Shown piece by piece: positions 26,101 to 39,100 of a DNA stretch of 64,000 nucleotides (positions within the stretch are counted from its first letter, which is position 1; every line of letters starts with the position of its first letter). The stretch comes from Cenococcum geophilum (Eukaryota): assembly GCA_050273025.1 (NCBI GenBank), contig CP158635.1, positions 22,630,001 through 22,694,000 of the forward strand, in the 5' to 3' direction. The translations under genes and the position numbers were made by a program. The notes under the pieces are model-generated. The model did not search any database and was not told where the DNA came from. It worked only from the letters and a program-made list of their open reading frames with translations.

Positions 26101-29100
26101 GTAAATATATTAAGCATTTCCTCCTTAAAAACGCAGATAAGCTGCCCCCTTACCGACCATAGGACCATAAAATTAAGATTATCCCTAGAAACTAGGCCCC
26201 GTATTATAAAAATAGACCACTCTTACCTACTAAACTTAGCTGTGTAAAAAAGTAGATTAATGAGATGCTAGATAAGGGTTTTATCCGCAAATTGACCTTA
26301 CCAGCTGCCGTACTACTTCTCCTTGCTACGAAGCCGGGCGGCGGTGTACGAATCTGCTATGACTACCGAGGCCTAAACACAGTTACTATTAAGAATCGGT
26401 ACCCATTGCCACTAATCCGCGAGACACTTGACGCACTTTATGGTGCTAAATACTTTACTAAGCTTAATGTAATTGCTGCGTTTAACCGGATCTGGATCGC
26501 GGAAGGCTATAAGTGGCTTATAGCATTTATTACCCGGTTTGGACTCTATAAGATATTAGTTACACTATTTGGTCTCTATAATGCGCCCGCTATGTTCCAA
26601 AACTATATTAACCATGTTTTACATAACGCCCTTAATAACTACTGCACCACGTACCTTAATAATGTCCTTGTTTTCTCTAAAACACGCGCCGAGCATATAA
26701 AATATATAAATGAAATCATTTAGAGACTTAGTAATGCTGGACTCCAGATTAATATTAATAAGTCTAAGTTTTATGCTACTAAAACAAAATACCTTAGTTT
26801 AATTATCTTAACCAATGGCATAACTATAGACCCTAAGAAGGTACAGGCCTTATAGAAATAGAAGGACCCGACGTCAATTAAAGAACTATAACAATTTCTT
26901 AGCTTCGCGAACTTCTACTAACGATTTATCCAAGGCTACTTAGCAGTAGTTAAGCCTATAACTAGGCTACTAAAGAAGAGCACTAACTGGTTATGGGGCC
27001 CCGATTAAGCACAGGCGTTCCAAACCCTAAAAATAGCGTTTACTATAGCACCAGTCCTAGCGTATTACGACTATATAAAGAAGACTGTGGTAGAGACAGA
27101 CGCCTTAAACTAGGCTTTAGGTAAAGTACTCTACTAAGCCAATAAAGGTAATAAGCTTAAGCCAGTCGCATTCTTCTCCGCTAAGCACTTAGCCCCTAAA
27201 TATAACTATAAAATATACGATAAGGAGCTCCTAGCAATTGTTAAGGCACTAAAAAAATAGCGCCCTAAACTGCAGGGAACTAAACAGCTATTTAAAATTA
27301 TTATAGACTATAAGAACCTCTAGACTTTTATAATAACGAAACAACTAAACTAGCGCCAAGTCCGCTAGGCTAAGTTCCTTTTCTAGTTTAACTTTATTAT
27401 TACCTATAGGCCTAGCACTAAAGCTATAATCCTAGATGCTCTTAGCCGCCTCCCGGGCGTAGCACCTGCTAGTGCTAATAACAAACGTTTACGACACCAA
27501 GACCGCGTTATCTTACTACTAGAAAAAGTTAACCCCGCTATCCTAGAAGAGCTACTAAGCGAGTCTTAAGACCAGAGCGTTAAAGACTTTATTATAGTAA
27601 TAGACCTAGAGCTGGAGAAAAAACCCCTTAAGGAGCTTATTAAGAATGCCTATAAGGAAAATGAGCTCGCTAGGAATATATTAGCTACGCTACGCAAATA
27701 GGAAGGCTGTAAAGCACGCCGTTGGCCTAAGCAGATTAGGAAGTTACTCCGCTATAATAAATCCGAATATTTAATTATTAACGGCCTAATCTACTATAGG
27801 AATTAAGTATTTGTCCCTAATTCACCTAAACTCCAACTAGAAGTTATATACCGTATGTATAGTTTGGGCCCTACGGGCCACCCGGGCCGCGTTAAGACAC
27901 TAAACCTTCTTAATCGAACCTATTAGTAGCTAGGTATTTTATAGTTTATGGCTACCTTTATAAAATACTGCGCTCTCTACTTCCGCATAAAGACCCTACG
28001 CTTAGCACTACTAGGTTTCCTAAAACTACTAGAACTACCAGTCCGCCCATAGACTAATATCTCTATTAACTACGTTATTAACCTGCCTAAGTGCCTTCGC
28101 AACGGCAAAACATATAGATATATCTTTGTCGTTATTAACCGCCTAACGAAGATGAGACACCTTATTCCTATTACTAGCCTAGACACTAAGGAGCTTGTTA
28201 AAGCATTTATCTACACTATCTATAAGTTACACGGCGCTCTAAATACTATTGTTTCCGATAAAGGCTCTTTATTTGTTTCTAACTTCTAGCGTTGCCTAAA
28301 CTAGCGCCTAAAGGTAACTCTAAGCCCTAGTTCTGTATAGTACCCTAAAACAGATAGTTAGACCGAGATCGTTAATGTAGTAATAAATAAGTACCTACGC
28401 GCCTTCGTAAGCTTTACCTAAGACGACTGGGTAGATTGGCTCCCCCTTACTGAGTTTGCTATAAATAACTAGGTTAATAAGACCACGGGAATTTCACCGT
28501 TCTTTGCTAACTATGGCTATAACCCACGTCTAGGCGTCAAACTAGCGGGCCCCTAGCTATTAGCCCTGTCTGTATATACAAAGAAGGAGTACCTATAAGC
28601 TAATACTATTACCAACCGCTTTAAGCGTATCTTAACCTAGCTTAAAGCCCTAGCTTATATCTCCTAGTAACGCTATAAAGACAACGCTAATATAAAGCGG
28701 GATAAAGGTATAATATTTAAAAAGGATAATATAGTTATAGTTAGCCTTAAAAATATAAAGACTAACCGGCCTAAGAGGAAGTGGGATAATAACTAGAATA
28801 GACCCTGGCCCGTCTTAGCTGCCTATAAAGGGGTAGTTATAGTGGACCTCCTAAACTATATTCGTGTTAATAAGTCTTTCTATACTTTAAAAGTCCGCCT
28901 CTGGTTCCCTAAAGAGATCCCTGGCCAAGCACGTATTAACAAAGAGGAACGTCGCAATATTATAGGTAGGATAGCCGAAAGGGATAACGACGGCAATATT
29001 ACGGATAAGTGGGAATTTGAGAAGATTCTTGACGTATATAATGAATAAATGGACGAGCATAGCTTAACGTATTACATTAAGTGGAAGTATTATAATAAGA

Positions 29101-29250
29101 AAACCTGGGAACCTGAGAAGTCCCTAAAAGGGTGCAAGCGCGCACTACTAAAGTTCTATAAATAACACCCTAAGAAGCCTAGACCCCTAGACTGGGTATA
29201 AGATAAAAAAGACTTACTATACCAAGGCCGTAAACGACGACCATAATAAT
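23149..29250 (+). pseudogene. gag and pol of element D
   Basis: Track ORFs 23701-23934 (gag), 26265-26723 (RT) and 28842-29048 (integrase tail/chromodomain) are fragments between RIP stops. Confidence 0.9.
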
Positions 29251-30576
29251 TTAGAGAAGTTAAGATCTTATAGAACTTTAACCACCAGTTAAAGTTGTCT
29301 AATTGGTCAGATTCTTACTAAGAGCGCCACGCCTAGTCAATTCGGGTGGCGGTGTGGAGTTCTGCCGACGCTATTCGTTAAGCTGGCTAATTAGGATTTT
29401 CTATCCCTGGGATAGAAAATCGCCATTGGCTCGGCTAAGAGCGGTAAGCGGAACCGATATCTCCGCGCGAACCCGTATACTGCCTATAATCCACCGTTTT
29501 CCACCGGTTATATAACCGCTATTTGCCATTACGTGACGGTAATCTGTCGGTAATTTGCTAGTACCGTAACATTCTGTTTTTAGAGCTACTTGTTTAGTTT
29601 AGGGACCAAACCTTCTAGGGGAGAGGAGTACTGTTACGGCACTAACCTATCGCATACTGTTCCATACTGTCTTGTACTATCTCCTACTATTAGCTAGCCC
29701 ACCACTAGCGCCTTGGCGGCTGGCCCTACTATTTATATACAATACCCCTTTTACCTTCTTCTCCTCTTTATACCATAACGTAGTTATTTAGTCTACTTTA
29801 TTGCAGCACTGTAACATTCTGCCGTATTACTAGAGCTCTTTAAAGGAGGAAGTGCTAGAGCCTAAAGCAGTAGCTTTTTACAACCCAATTTTTAGAATTA
29901 GTATATTAAGTAAGCTATATAAAATCTATAATACCAAATATATAATTACACCCCATTTTAGTTATATATTTAATTAATAAGGTTATCTATTTACGACTTA
30001 ACGCGAGGAAGTTAGTGTCTTAATTATATATATGGGCCACACCTTTAAGGACGATATTAGTGTAAGGGATAGGGGTATAATACCCTATATACCACTAGTT
30101 CCCGTTTTATAATACCTATAAGAGTCTCCTTATAATAGGCTAACTGTATCTTATAGAATGGGCTATAGACTAGATCCTATACTAGGTAATTTACCTTACT
30201 ATTACGAAGTAAGTATAAGTGACGATAATATATAGCAAAGTAGATTATTTATTTTTTTATTTTTATATCCGTTGTATTATACTACGTACAATACTGCGTA
30301 TGCAGCCTCTAGGCTATGGCGCTATAGTTCTATATACATGAATCCTTTCTAGGCAGCTTAATATGTACTAGTAGCTATATCCTAGTAGTTTATAAATCCC
30401 TAGACTAGGGATTTACAGCTTCCTAGTAAATACTAGGTTGCTAACAACTATTAGGTAGTAAGAAAACGGTAAAAAAATAGTAGAAAGAATTAAAATAAGT
30501 AAACCTAACGCCTGTCCCTGTCCTATTTGTAGTTTATTTCTATCCTTTTACTTTCTATAGTCTATCTACTAGGACT

Positions 30577-33500
30577 TTAGTAGGAGTTACCTCCTTCTAG
30601 AGATCCTGCTGCTCTTAGCCACTTTCCAGTAGCTATTTTTGTCCTACTTAGAAATAGAAAAAGTGCCCCTCTTCCTTTCTTTGTACAAAAAAGCTTCTCT
30701 AGTAAGAGAGAAGAGGCTATTTGTCTGTGCATTTCCTTTCTATTTTCCCAGTATAGTCTATATTCTAGTAAGAGATGCGTAGGGGTTTGTACTACGGTAT
30801 AGCCCCTAAAGCATCTACCTTCTTTATCCTTCCCTATTGTTTTAGAGAAGGATTTAAAGAAGCCTTTTCCTAGTTTTAGTTGAAAGAAAGCTAAGTATAG
30901 CCTTTTAGGATATTTATCCTTAGGGGCTTTAAAAGAAAAGGGGTAGTTTCCTTTACAGATTCTAGTATAGTGTTTTCCTTTACTTTTATTCTGTTACTAA
31001 TTGTCTTTCCACTATTCTAGTATCTTTTCTCTTGCTCGTCTCCCTAGGTAGGCTAGAGAAGTATAAAAAGATTATAGTTTTCTTCTAAAGAGGCCCTTTT
31101 TAGCTAGCTTATCTACTATTTCGTTTCTATAGATTCCTAAATGGCTAGGAACCTAATAGAAGTTAATAGAGATCCCCTTACTAGCTAAATAGGAACAGCT
31201 TTACGTGATTTTAAAGACTAGTTCTTGTCCCCCTGTAAGAGAATTAAGCTATAATCTCTTAATAGCCACTTAGCTATCTATAAAGATATAAACCTGTTTC
31301 TCTTCTAGTCTTTATTGTTTTAGGTGTTCTAGGGCCCTATAGACTGCGTAAAGTTCTGCGTCTATAATTTCCATATAGGGCCCTAGATTCCAGTTTATTG
31401 CATATTTAATCCTATTTCTCTCTCCTATTTTACATACGGCTGCTACATTTAATTTACTATCTTTAGAGCCATCTGTATAGTATATATCTACTAGGTCCCA
31501 CTCTAGGGATTCTTGTAGATTTTCTACTAGTCTTAGATGTTCTTGTGCAGCTTCTTTCTTACTACTCTTAGAGATAGAGAAGGATGCAGATATAGGAGGA
31601 GACCATAGTTTTTGCCACTTTAGAGAGATTTTCTCTATTTTCCAGTTCTGAACTAGCTGCTGAGCTCTAGATACTAGGGATAGTAGCTATGTTTTTGGCT
31701 GTAGTAAGTGCCTTATAGTAGAGTTTTTAGAACTAGAACAAGAGCTAGTTGCTAGTTCGTCCTTGTCTTTATCGTTCTCTTCTATATAGGCCTTTTTAAT
31801 TGCATGGTTTTCCTTGAATTTTAGGATTCTTAATGCGTAGCTATTGCAAAGCTTTTTAAATCTAATTCTAGGAGGAGGAATAGAGGCTTCAATCTCTATA
31901 GCTTGGCTAGGAGATCCTCTAAACGCTCCTAAAACTAGTTTTAGGGCCTTATTTTGTAGAGATTGGTACCTAGCTAGTAGGTAGTCTCTAGATATGCTTT
32001 TCCACCAGCATTGTATTCTATAGTCTGCTATAGTAGTAACACAAGCTATATAGAGCTGCCGTAGGGCTTGTAGAGATAGACCTCTTTGTGTATTTCCTAG
32101 TCTTCTAATTAAATAGAAGACTGCTTTTGCTTTAGAGATTTTTATTTCTACATGTTGTTTAAAAGTAAGCTTAGAGTCTAGGAATACTCCTAACTACCTA
32201 ACTAGGGGTTTAGGGGATATTTCTACGTCTCCTAGCTTTAGCCCTTCTTCTATAGTAGTACGCTTATTATAGAAGTGTATAAGCTCTGTTTTGTCAATGT
32301 CAAAGCTAATAGCAGCTTCCTTAGCTCTAGACATTAGCTCTCGCGCAATCCTCTCTAGCTTTTTGCAATTAGATTTAGCTGAGTTTGAAGTAACCGTAAT
32401 TGCAAAATCGTCCATATAGCTAAGGGAATAGGCTCCTTCTGTCTCTAGCCTGCAGATGTTGCGTAGATATAGTAGAAATAAAATGGGGGAGATAGGCGAA
32501 CCCTGTGGTATCCTTGTTTCTAGTTCTACTTTTTCTTGTATTTGCCTATTAAAGGAGAGCTGTAGCTTTCTATTGCTAAGGAAGGTAGCTACCCATTGTG
32601 TAAACGCTATAGGTAGTCCTAGTTCCTTACAGATAGATAGAAGCTGGTTTGCGGAGACATGGTCAAAAGCCCCTTTTACGTCTAGGAATAACGTAGTAGC
32701 TATTCTTTGTCTAGCTTTTTTCCTACTATTTTTAGATTGGATATTATTTAGGAGTAGTAAGACTACGTCTATTGCGGACCGCTGTCTTCTTCCTCCTAGT
32801 TGAGAATCTTGAAGTAAGCTAGTAGTATTAGCTAGATATCCTAATCTAGTGGCAAAGATCTTTTCTAGAGTCTTTCCTAGGCAGTTTAGTAAGGAGATAG
32901 GTCTATAGGACTTTGGTAAGGAATAGTCCTCCTTATTTGCTTTAGGGAGAATAACTCCTCGAGCTTCTCTCCAGACCTTTGGCTGATAGCCTAGGATGAA
33001 CAAAATCCTATAGATTCTATATAGAAGATCTTCTATAATAGGGTAGGCCTTTTATAGAATTGTAAAAGATATCCCGTCTGGTCCTGGAGCCTTTTTATTA
33101 GAGCTAGAAAAAATTGCTTGTTTAACTTCTATTTTCTCTAGTTCTGGCCATTCCCATTTATTGTCTGTTATATAGTCCTTCCACTCTATAGGGCTAGTAG
33201 AGGGGGGTTTAGGGAATAGAGTAGTTATAAAAGCTTTGCATTGGTCCTCGAAGCTTTCTACTAGTCTAGTATTCCCGTCTTTGCTATACCGTAGACTAGG
33301 GATTATTCGCAATGTTCTCTCCTTTGTGTATTTTAGGGCAGTAAAGACCTCCTTTCCTTGTGCTTTTTCTAGGAAGCTATTCCAGCAGCTAGTTTTAGCT
33401 TCCCTTATTGCGTAGAAGTATTGATTTTTAGCTTCTTTATAGGCTTCTAGTCTAGAGCTTCTAGTCGGTTATTCCTCTTGAAGTCTTCCTAGTTTTGCCA

Positions 33501-34650
33501 TTTTTTGTCTTTTCTTTAGGAGCCCTTTATTCCACTAAGGTTTAGAGAATTCATAGGTTCTAGATCTAGGGATAGCTTTCTCTGCTGCTAGCTTTATACA
33601 ACTAGTAAGATCTATTGCTAGATTATCTACTAGCGTACTAAAGCTTCTATCCCTAAGTCTATAAGAATCTTCTAGAGAGGCTAAGGGACCTTTTTCTCCT
33701 ATCTCTATATAGGGGGTTTCTCCTACTAGTTCTTCTAGTACTAAAAGCTTCGCTTCTAGTTCTAGCTCTAGAGCTTGTTCTTTTAGAGAAGTAGAGAAAA
33801 GCTCCCAGTTTGCCTTTTTTATAGAGAAAGGAGTTTCTTGAAGGGGGTTTAGGTATCTTTGCGTCTCTCTAGTAAATAGAGAGAATGCTATAGTCTTATG
33901 ATCAGATCCTGTTTCTTCTATTATAGTCCAATTATCCTAGGTATTTTCTTGAAAGTTTCCTGAGTAGAAGGCTAGGTCTATAATAGACTTTTCCCTTATA
34001 TTAGATCTATAGAAGGTCCCTTCCTGTTCGTCTAAATTTAGTAGTTGGCAGTTATATTTGTCTAGCCAGTCTACTAGTTCTTTAGCCTCTCTAGTCGGAT
34101 TCCTAGCTAGCGCGTTCCACCGTATATGGTGTAGGTTATAGTCTCCTATTAGTGCAAAAGGGAGGTCTATTTCCAGTTCTAGAATGGCCCTAGAGATAGT
34201 ACTTGTACTATTTCTTTGGGTTCTAGAGTTCTTGTCTAGTTGTCTCTCGTTATAGACATTAAATAATAGAAATCTTTTAAATTGGCCATAGATTTCTAAT
34301 GCTATAATATCTGTGTCTTTGCAGATATCTTCCCTAGTTCTATATTGTAGAACACTAGAACTAGTTTTCCTTATATAGATAGCTACTCTAGGGCGAATAG
34401 CTAGATTACTAGGGAGGATAAGATTAAATGCAGGATGTGGAATAGAGAAGTAGGATCCTTTTTGTCTATCTTTCCAGGTACTAGGTTCTTGTACCAGGAT
34501 AATATCTGTTTTTCTCCTAAATCCTATTTCTAGTAGAGTTTGCTGTACTTCTTATCTTTTTCCTACATTATGTTGTATAAAGGAGATTTCTCCTCTAGCT
34601 TTAGAAACTAGAGAGATCTCTTCTTCTTCCTGTATAGAACCTTCTAAGCT
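30577..34650 (-). pseudogene. LINE ORF2 (endonuclease-RT-RNase H) with a few RIP nonsense codons
   Basis: ORFs 33052-33312 and 32194-33003 are one frame separated by a single TAA; the frame ends '...KIATGKWL...SY*' near 30577; start approximate. Confidence 0.9.
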
Positions 34651-34658
34651 TGTACTTA

Positions 34659-36134
34659 TTTATGTACTAGTTTAGCTGCTTTAAGAGACTCGCAGTCTTT
34701 GCTATTAGCAAAGTGTTTTTCTTTACAATTGCTATAAAGAGGGGTAGTGTGCTCGCAAGGTCTACCTGTTATGTTACAAATGGAATAGGGGTGGTCTTTA
34801 GATAGATGTGCTGCTGCACAAAATCGGCAGGCCCTGGTAGAGCATCTATCTCCTATATGGCCAAATTTTTGGCAGCTTGTACACTGTATAGTAGGAGAGA
34901 CTTTTAGGTATTTAACTACCTTAGCAGCTACCCCTGCAATTAGGATTTCCTTTTGCTTAAGGATTTCCTGTCTTTTCTCCTCATTTTCTATAGCAAAAAC
35001 TATAGAGCCGAACCTAGTTTGTGGATCATATCTCTTTTCTCTAGATAAGATCCATCTAGGTAGTCCCTGTATTCTAATAGGGTTAAAGATCTCTATTTCT
35101 TCCTTCAGAAGTTTAGAGCCTCCAAATCCTAGAAAAGGGGAGATAGGGACGCCGTGAGCTACTACCTGAGCCCAGGGCTCTAGTTTTTGTTCCCTTTTAA
35201 AAGAGAAGCAGTTAGACCAGATTTCCTTGTGTTTAATTAGAAACTCTGCATTATATTCTTCTGTAGTTGTAAGGAGAATGTTCTACTTTTCTCTAGTTCT
35301 AGCTATAGTAGCTATTACTAGCTTATCTATTTGCAATTTGGATGTAAATAGTTAATTGACTTGATTTCGTAGAGAGAAGATGTCTAGAGGCTAGTCCTTT
35401 TGGTCTGTAACTAGGACTAGTCTCCTTTCTTATAGCTACTTCTTTTTTCCTCTAGTAGAGGTAGGGCTAGTAGAACTAGTAGTACTACTAGTTGTCTTAC
35501 TAGTGGGGGGAATTGAGGAGGAGGGGGGAGAGGAAGAAAGTGATATAGGAGGAGAGGAAGAAGTAGTAGTCGAAGAAGGAGGAGCAAAGGAGGAAGCAGC
35601 GAGGCCCTTCTTTAGCTTTTCTGCGTAGGTTTTTGGAGCTACCTCCTTGCGAAGAGCTTTTACTTCTTCTACTAGTCCTTTTAGGACATCTCTTTCCTTT
35701 CTTTCTTTTTCCTTTATAAAAGGATTTTCTCCTGCTAGGGTACTCTGTACATAGTCCCCTAATAGTTTAGCTTGCTCTTTTTTTTCATCTCCTTTTTTTA
35801 GCCCTATATAGGCCTGGTTTAGGTTATATAGAGCCATTTGTAAGTATTGTTTTGGAGAATAGGTAGAAGAAGGTATACTAGCCGAAATAGGCTTAGGTAT
35901 AAGTGGTCTTCTTCTTTAACTCTCTCTTTCTTTTTTAGGAGAAGATTGTATAGAGCTTCTTTTTCTTTTACTCTTTTTTCCTACGTCTTTCCTAGATGGG
36001 CAGGGAGAAGACAGGAGAGAAGAAGAAGAAGAAAAGGTAGACGAAGTAGACGAGAATTCGTCATCGCTTGTCTCTGTATTGTTTTTGCCTCTAGGAGGCT
36101 TTTTAGGCTTGGTAGCCGTAGAGTCCTTTGACAT
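34659..36134 (-). pseudogene. LINE ORF1 (gag-like, Ser-rich N-terminus, C-terminal zinc knuckles)
   Basis: Track ORFs 35916-36134 and 35436-35837 are in the same frame; 'QCTSCQKFGH...C...ACRFCAAAHLSKDH' near 34795-34890. Confidence 0.85.
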
Positions 36135-39100
36135 TTTGTAGCTTATAGCTTATAGAGGGGTTTCCTAGTTTTTTCAGTGGATAATAACCTCCTTAGGTCT
36201 CTTATCCCCTAGTCACAGAGGTGAAAAACTAGGTAAAAAGCCTTGCTAGTTTTTACTATCCTTTTATATCCTTTTTCCTTACTAGCTCTACTAGAGAGAT
36301 TCTGGGGAAATTAGACTAGAAGGTAGTAGAAAAACTAGCTAAAAAAGACTAGTGTAGTTATTTTCTTCTCTTTTAGAAGTAGAAAAAACTACTAAAAAAG
36401 GACTTGTTAGGCTTTTACTAGCAGAAAAGCCCGAAAAGGCACTCCTTCTCTTACTAAGGAAAATCTGACTAAAGGAGATATAGAAAAGTACCTACACCCC
36501 CTATTTTATTAGGCTTTTACTTTCTATAGAAGAAAAACCTAGGAAAAGTCTATGGGTTGTGGTTTTGGTGTTCCTATCCGTGCTTCGCTTATAAGCTAGG
36601 ACCCCTTTTGCCAAGTCTTCTGTCGTAGGCAAAAGGGGGTAACTGGGAGAATGAATCCACCTCTAGCTTGCTAAGCAGGCGGAATTAGGCTTTAGGAGTG
36701 GGAAAAACGATGGTTTTTGATGGTAAGATGGGTATGCGTAAGTTTGGAAGTGCGGCGCCACCTTTTGGTAAGGTTGTATGTGTGGTGAAGGTTAGCAAAG
36801 TAGATATTATTAAGCTATATATATAAACTGTATAATAAGATTAAGACGTTATATAAGGAGAGAAGGTAAGAAAACGGGAAGAAAGGGTATATATTGTTAG
36901 CTTAGTTACTTAGTTAATATAGATATAGAGTAGAATAGGATTTAGGTAGTAGTCCTAGTAGAACTTAGTAGGATTTAGTAGAACTTAGTAGAATAGAGTA
37001 GAATATAGCAGATTGCCATTAGATTGCCGTAAATTACTATTAAATTACTGTCTTATGGTTAATATTTAGTTGCTAAGTTAGTAGAAATAGGTAAATATGT
37101 ATAAGGTGTTACGGGGATATTCTATAATAGTACCCCCCCTTTAAACTCGAGCTTCTGTAAGATGGGGTTGTAATAGTTCTAAGTAGAGTTTATAAAAGTC
37201 CCCCACGGCTTATAAGTCTTATAAAGTTAATAGGTTCCTATAAGGGTTTAGTAAAACCTCTCCATTTTATAAGGTATATATATTAGCGTTTCCGCTTATT
37301 ATACTTAATGTTATTAATTCTTTTAATAAAGTACTCGTTCTTACTATCCACTTTAACTAGTAGGGGAGGGTCCTATATCTGTTTAGGCAGAGCGTCTAAT
37401 ATAAGGGCGGTAGGGTAAAGGACTAACATATAGAATACTTGGTGGATTTTAACTAAATTAGATAGCTTTAGTTAGTAGGCGTAAAAGGAAATAACCTTCT
37501 TAACCTTATAAGGGCTAGCGTTCTTCTAATTAAGTTTCTTAATAGGTTGTTCTATATCCAGATTTCTTATATTTAGCTAGATAAAGTTACTAATCTAATA
37601 GGCTGGTGCTAGGGTTTGGTTTTTATTTACTACGGCTTTATAGATAGATTAGGCCTATATTATCTCGTTAGTAAGAAACTATTATAGTTCCTCCATCTTC
37701 TTTATAACTTTTTTTTATAACTTATAAGGCGTAATAAGCGGGGCAAGGAATATTACTAAAGGGGTTAAAAACCTATTTATAGATACTAGCCGTAGTTAGT
37801 TAGGAATAGGGAGACCTTTATAGTTTCTAAGACAAAATTATTTATAGTAAACTTAGTGAATATAAGCCAGTTAATCCAGTTATCCTATAGATACGACGTG
37901 TATATTTAAATATACTATTCTATTATAGCATTTATATATTCCGTTTAGCCGTCTATTTTTAGGTAGTATATAGTAAATAGTAGTGCTTTAATATGGAGTT
38001 AGGTAGTTAGTTCTTTCTAGAATATAGAGATAAACTAGCTACCCTTATTAGAGATAATCGTTTTAGGGAGTCTATAGAGTTTTTATATATAATCTAAAAA
38101 TAGTTATATAATAGTAGGTATTAATATATTAGGGCAGGCGATTAAGTATCTTATTTTAGATAGTTGGTCTATAACTATTATAATATTTATACAGTCTCTA
38201 CTTATGGGGAGATTAACAATAAAGTTAATTAAGATACCCTTTTATCTTTGGTTTAGAATAGGTAGTGGCTTTAAAAGGCCGTTATATATCTTATATAAAG
38301 CCTTAGCTTATTAGCAGATATAATAGCTAGAGACGTACCTTTATATTATATTATATATATTTAGCTAATAGTACTCTTATTAGAGTAAATCTAAAGTCTT
38401 CCCTTAGCCTAAGTGGCCGGCTACTAGTAGGTTATATACATGTTTAAGGAGCTTAAGCTCGTTATAATTAGAGATAACTAAGTAGTTCTAGTAGTATAAG
38501 CGGTCTCTATACGCTTTATATTACTTAAAGAAATCCTTTTAAAGCGTTTAATGCTATCTTATATTAGCTTAAGCGTCTTTTAAATAAACTCGTTATTTGG
38601 GTATTTATTAACTATAATTTATTTAATTAATTAATTGGTTATTTTAAAGACGTATACTATAAGGTCCTTAATAGGAGGGTTAAATAGTTTAGGGTAGAGT
38701 AGGGTTTAGTTTTAGTAAAAACGCGCTTTTTTTAGTGCTAGTGCGTCTTATAAGTGTTAGGTTAGGGCGTTAGGCTTTTAACCTTAAATTCCTAGGCGGT
38801 ATATAATTAAGAATTAGAAATAAGATAGATATTTTAACTAGCGGGCTTAATGGTAGCTTAGCTATTTTATAGTTATAAAGTACTATAGATTCTTATAATC
38901 GCTAAGGACCTTAATTAGAAATCTAGCGCCTTTTAGTTTAGGTCGCTATTATTTAAAATATCTAATAATAGCTAATAACTCCTTATTGTATATCTTGTAG
39001 TTATATTTAGCTAGGCTTAGTTATTTTAAAAAGTATACTATAGAATGCAATACTCTATTCTTATTATATTAAGATAGGATACCTCTAATAATATAGTTGG

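Larger units (their letters stand above)
22720..29816 (+). mobile_element. Full-length chromoviral Ty3/gypsy element D (7097 bp), RIP-degraded
   Basis: 185-bp LTRs at 22720-22904 and 29632-29816. TSD ttctg (22715-22719, 29817-29821). PPT aggggagaggag (~29617). Gag from ~23149, protease 'LVNSGS' (~24918), RT (ORF 26265-26723, 'YLNNVL'<-YLDDVL), RNase H 'VETDAL', integrase, chromodomain 'WEFEKIL...YYIKWK...TWEPE' (~29010-29120). Confidence 0.97.
30246..36792 (-). mobile_element. Full-length non-LTR retrotransposon (LINE, Tad1-like, with RNase H), 6547 bp
   Basis: TSD tagcaaagtagat (30233-30245, 36793-36805). A-rich 3' tail. ORF1 with CCHC knuckles (~34700-34890). ORF2 with APE endonuclease ('GDYNLHH', 'SDH'), RT (ORF 32194-33003: 'PQGSPISPILF', 'YMDD') and RNase H 'YTDGSK' (~31465-31483). 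Confidence 0.96.

Noticed and set aside
32456..32803. Plus-strand 115-aa ORF, and similar short ORFs antisense to other pol genes
   Set aside because: Shadow frames of the LINE and gypsy coding strands with no independent motifs.
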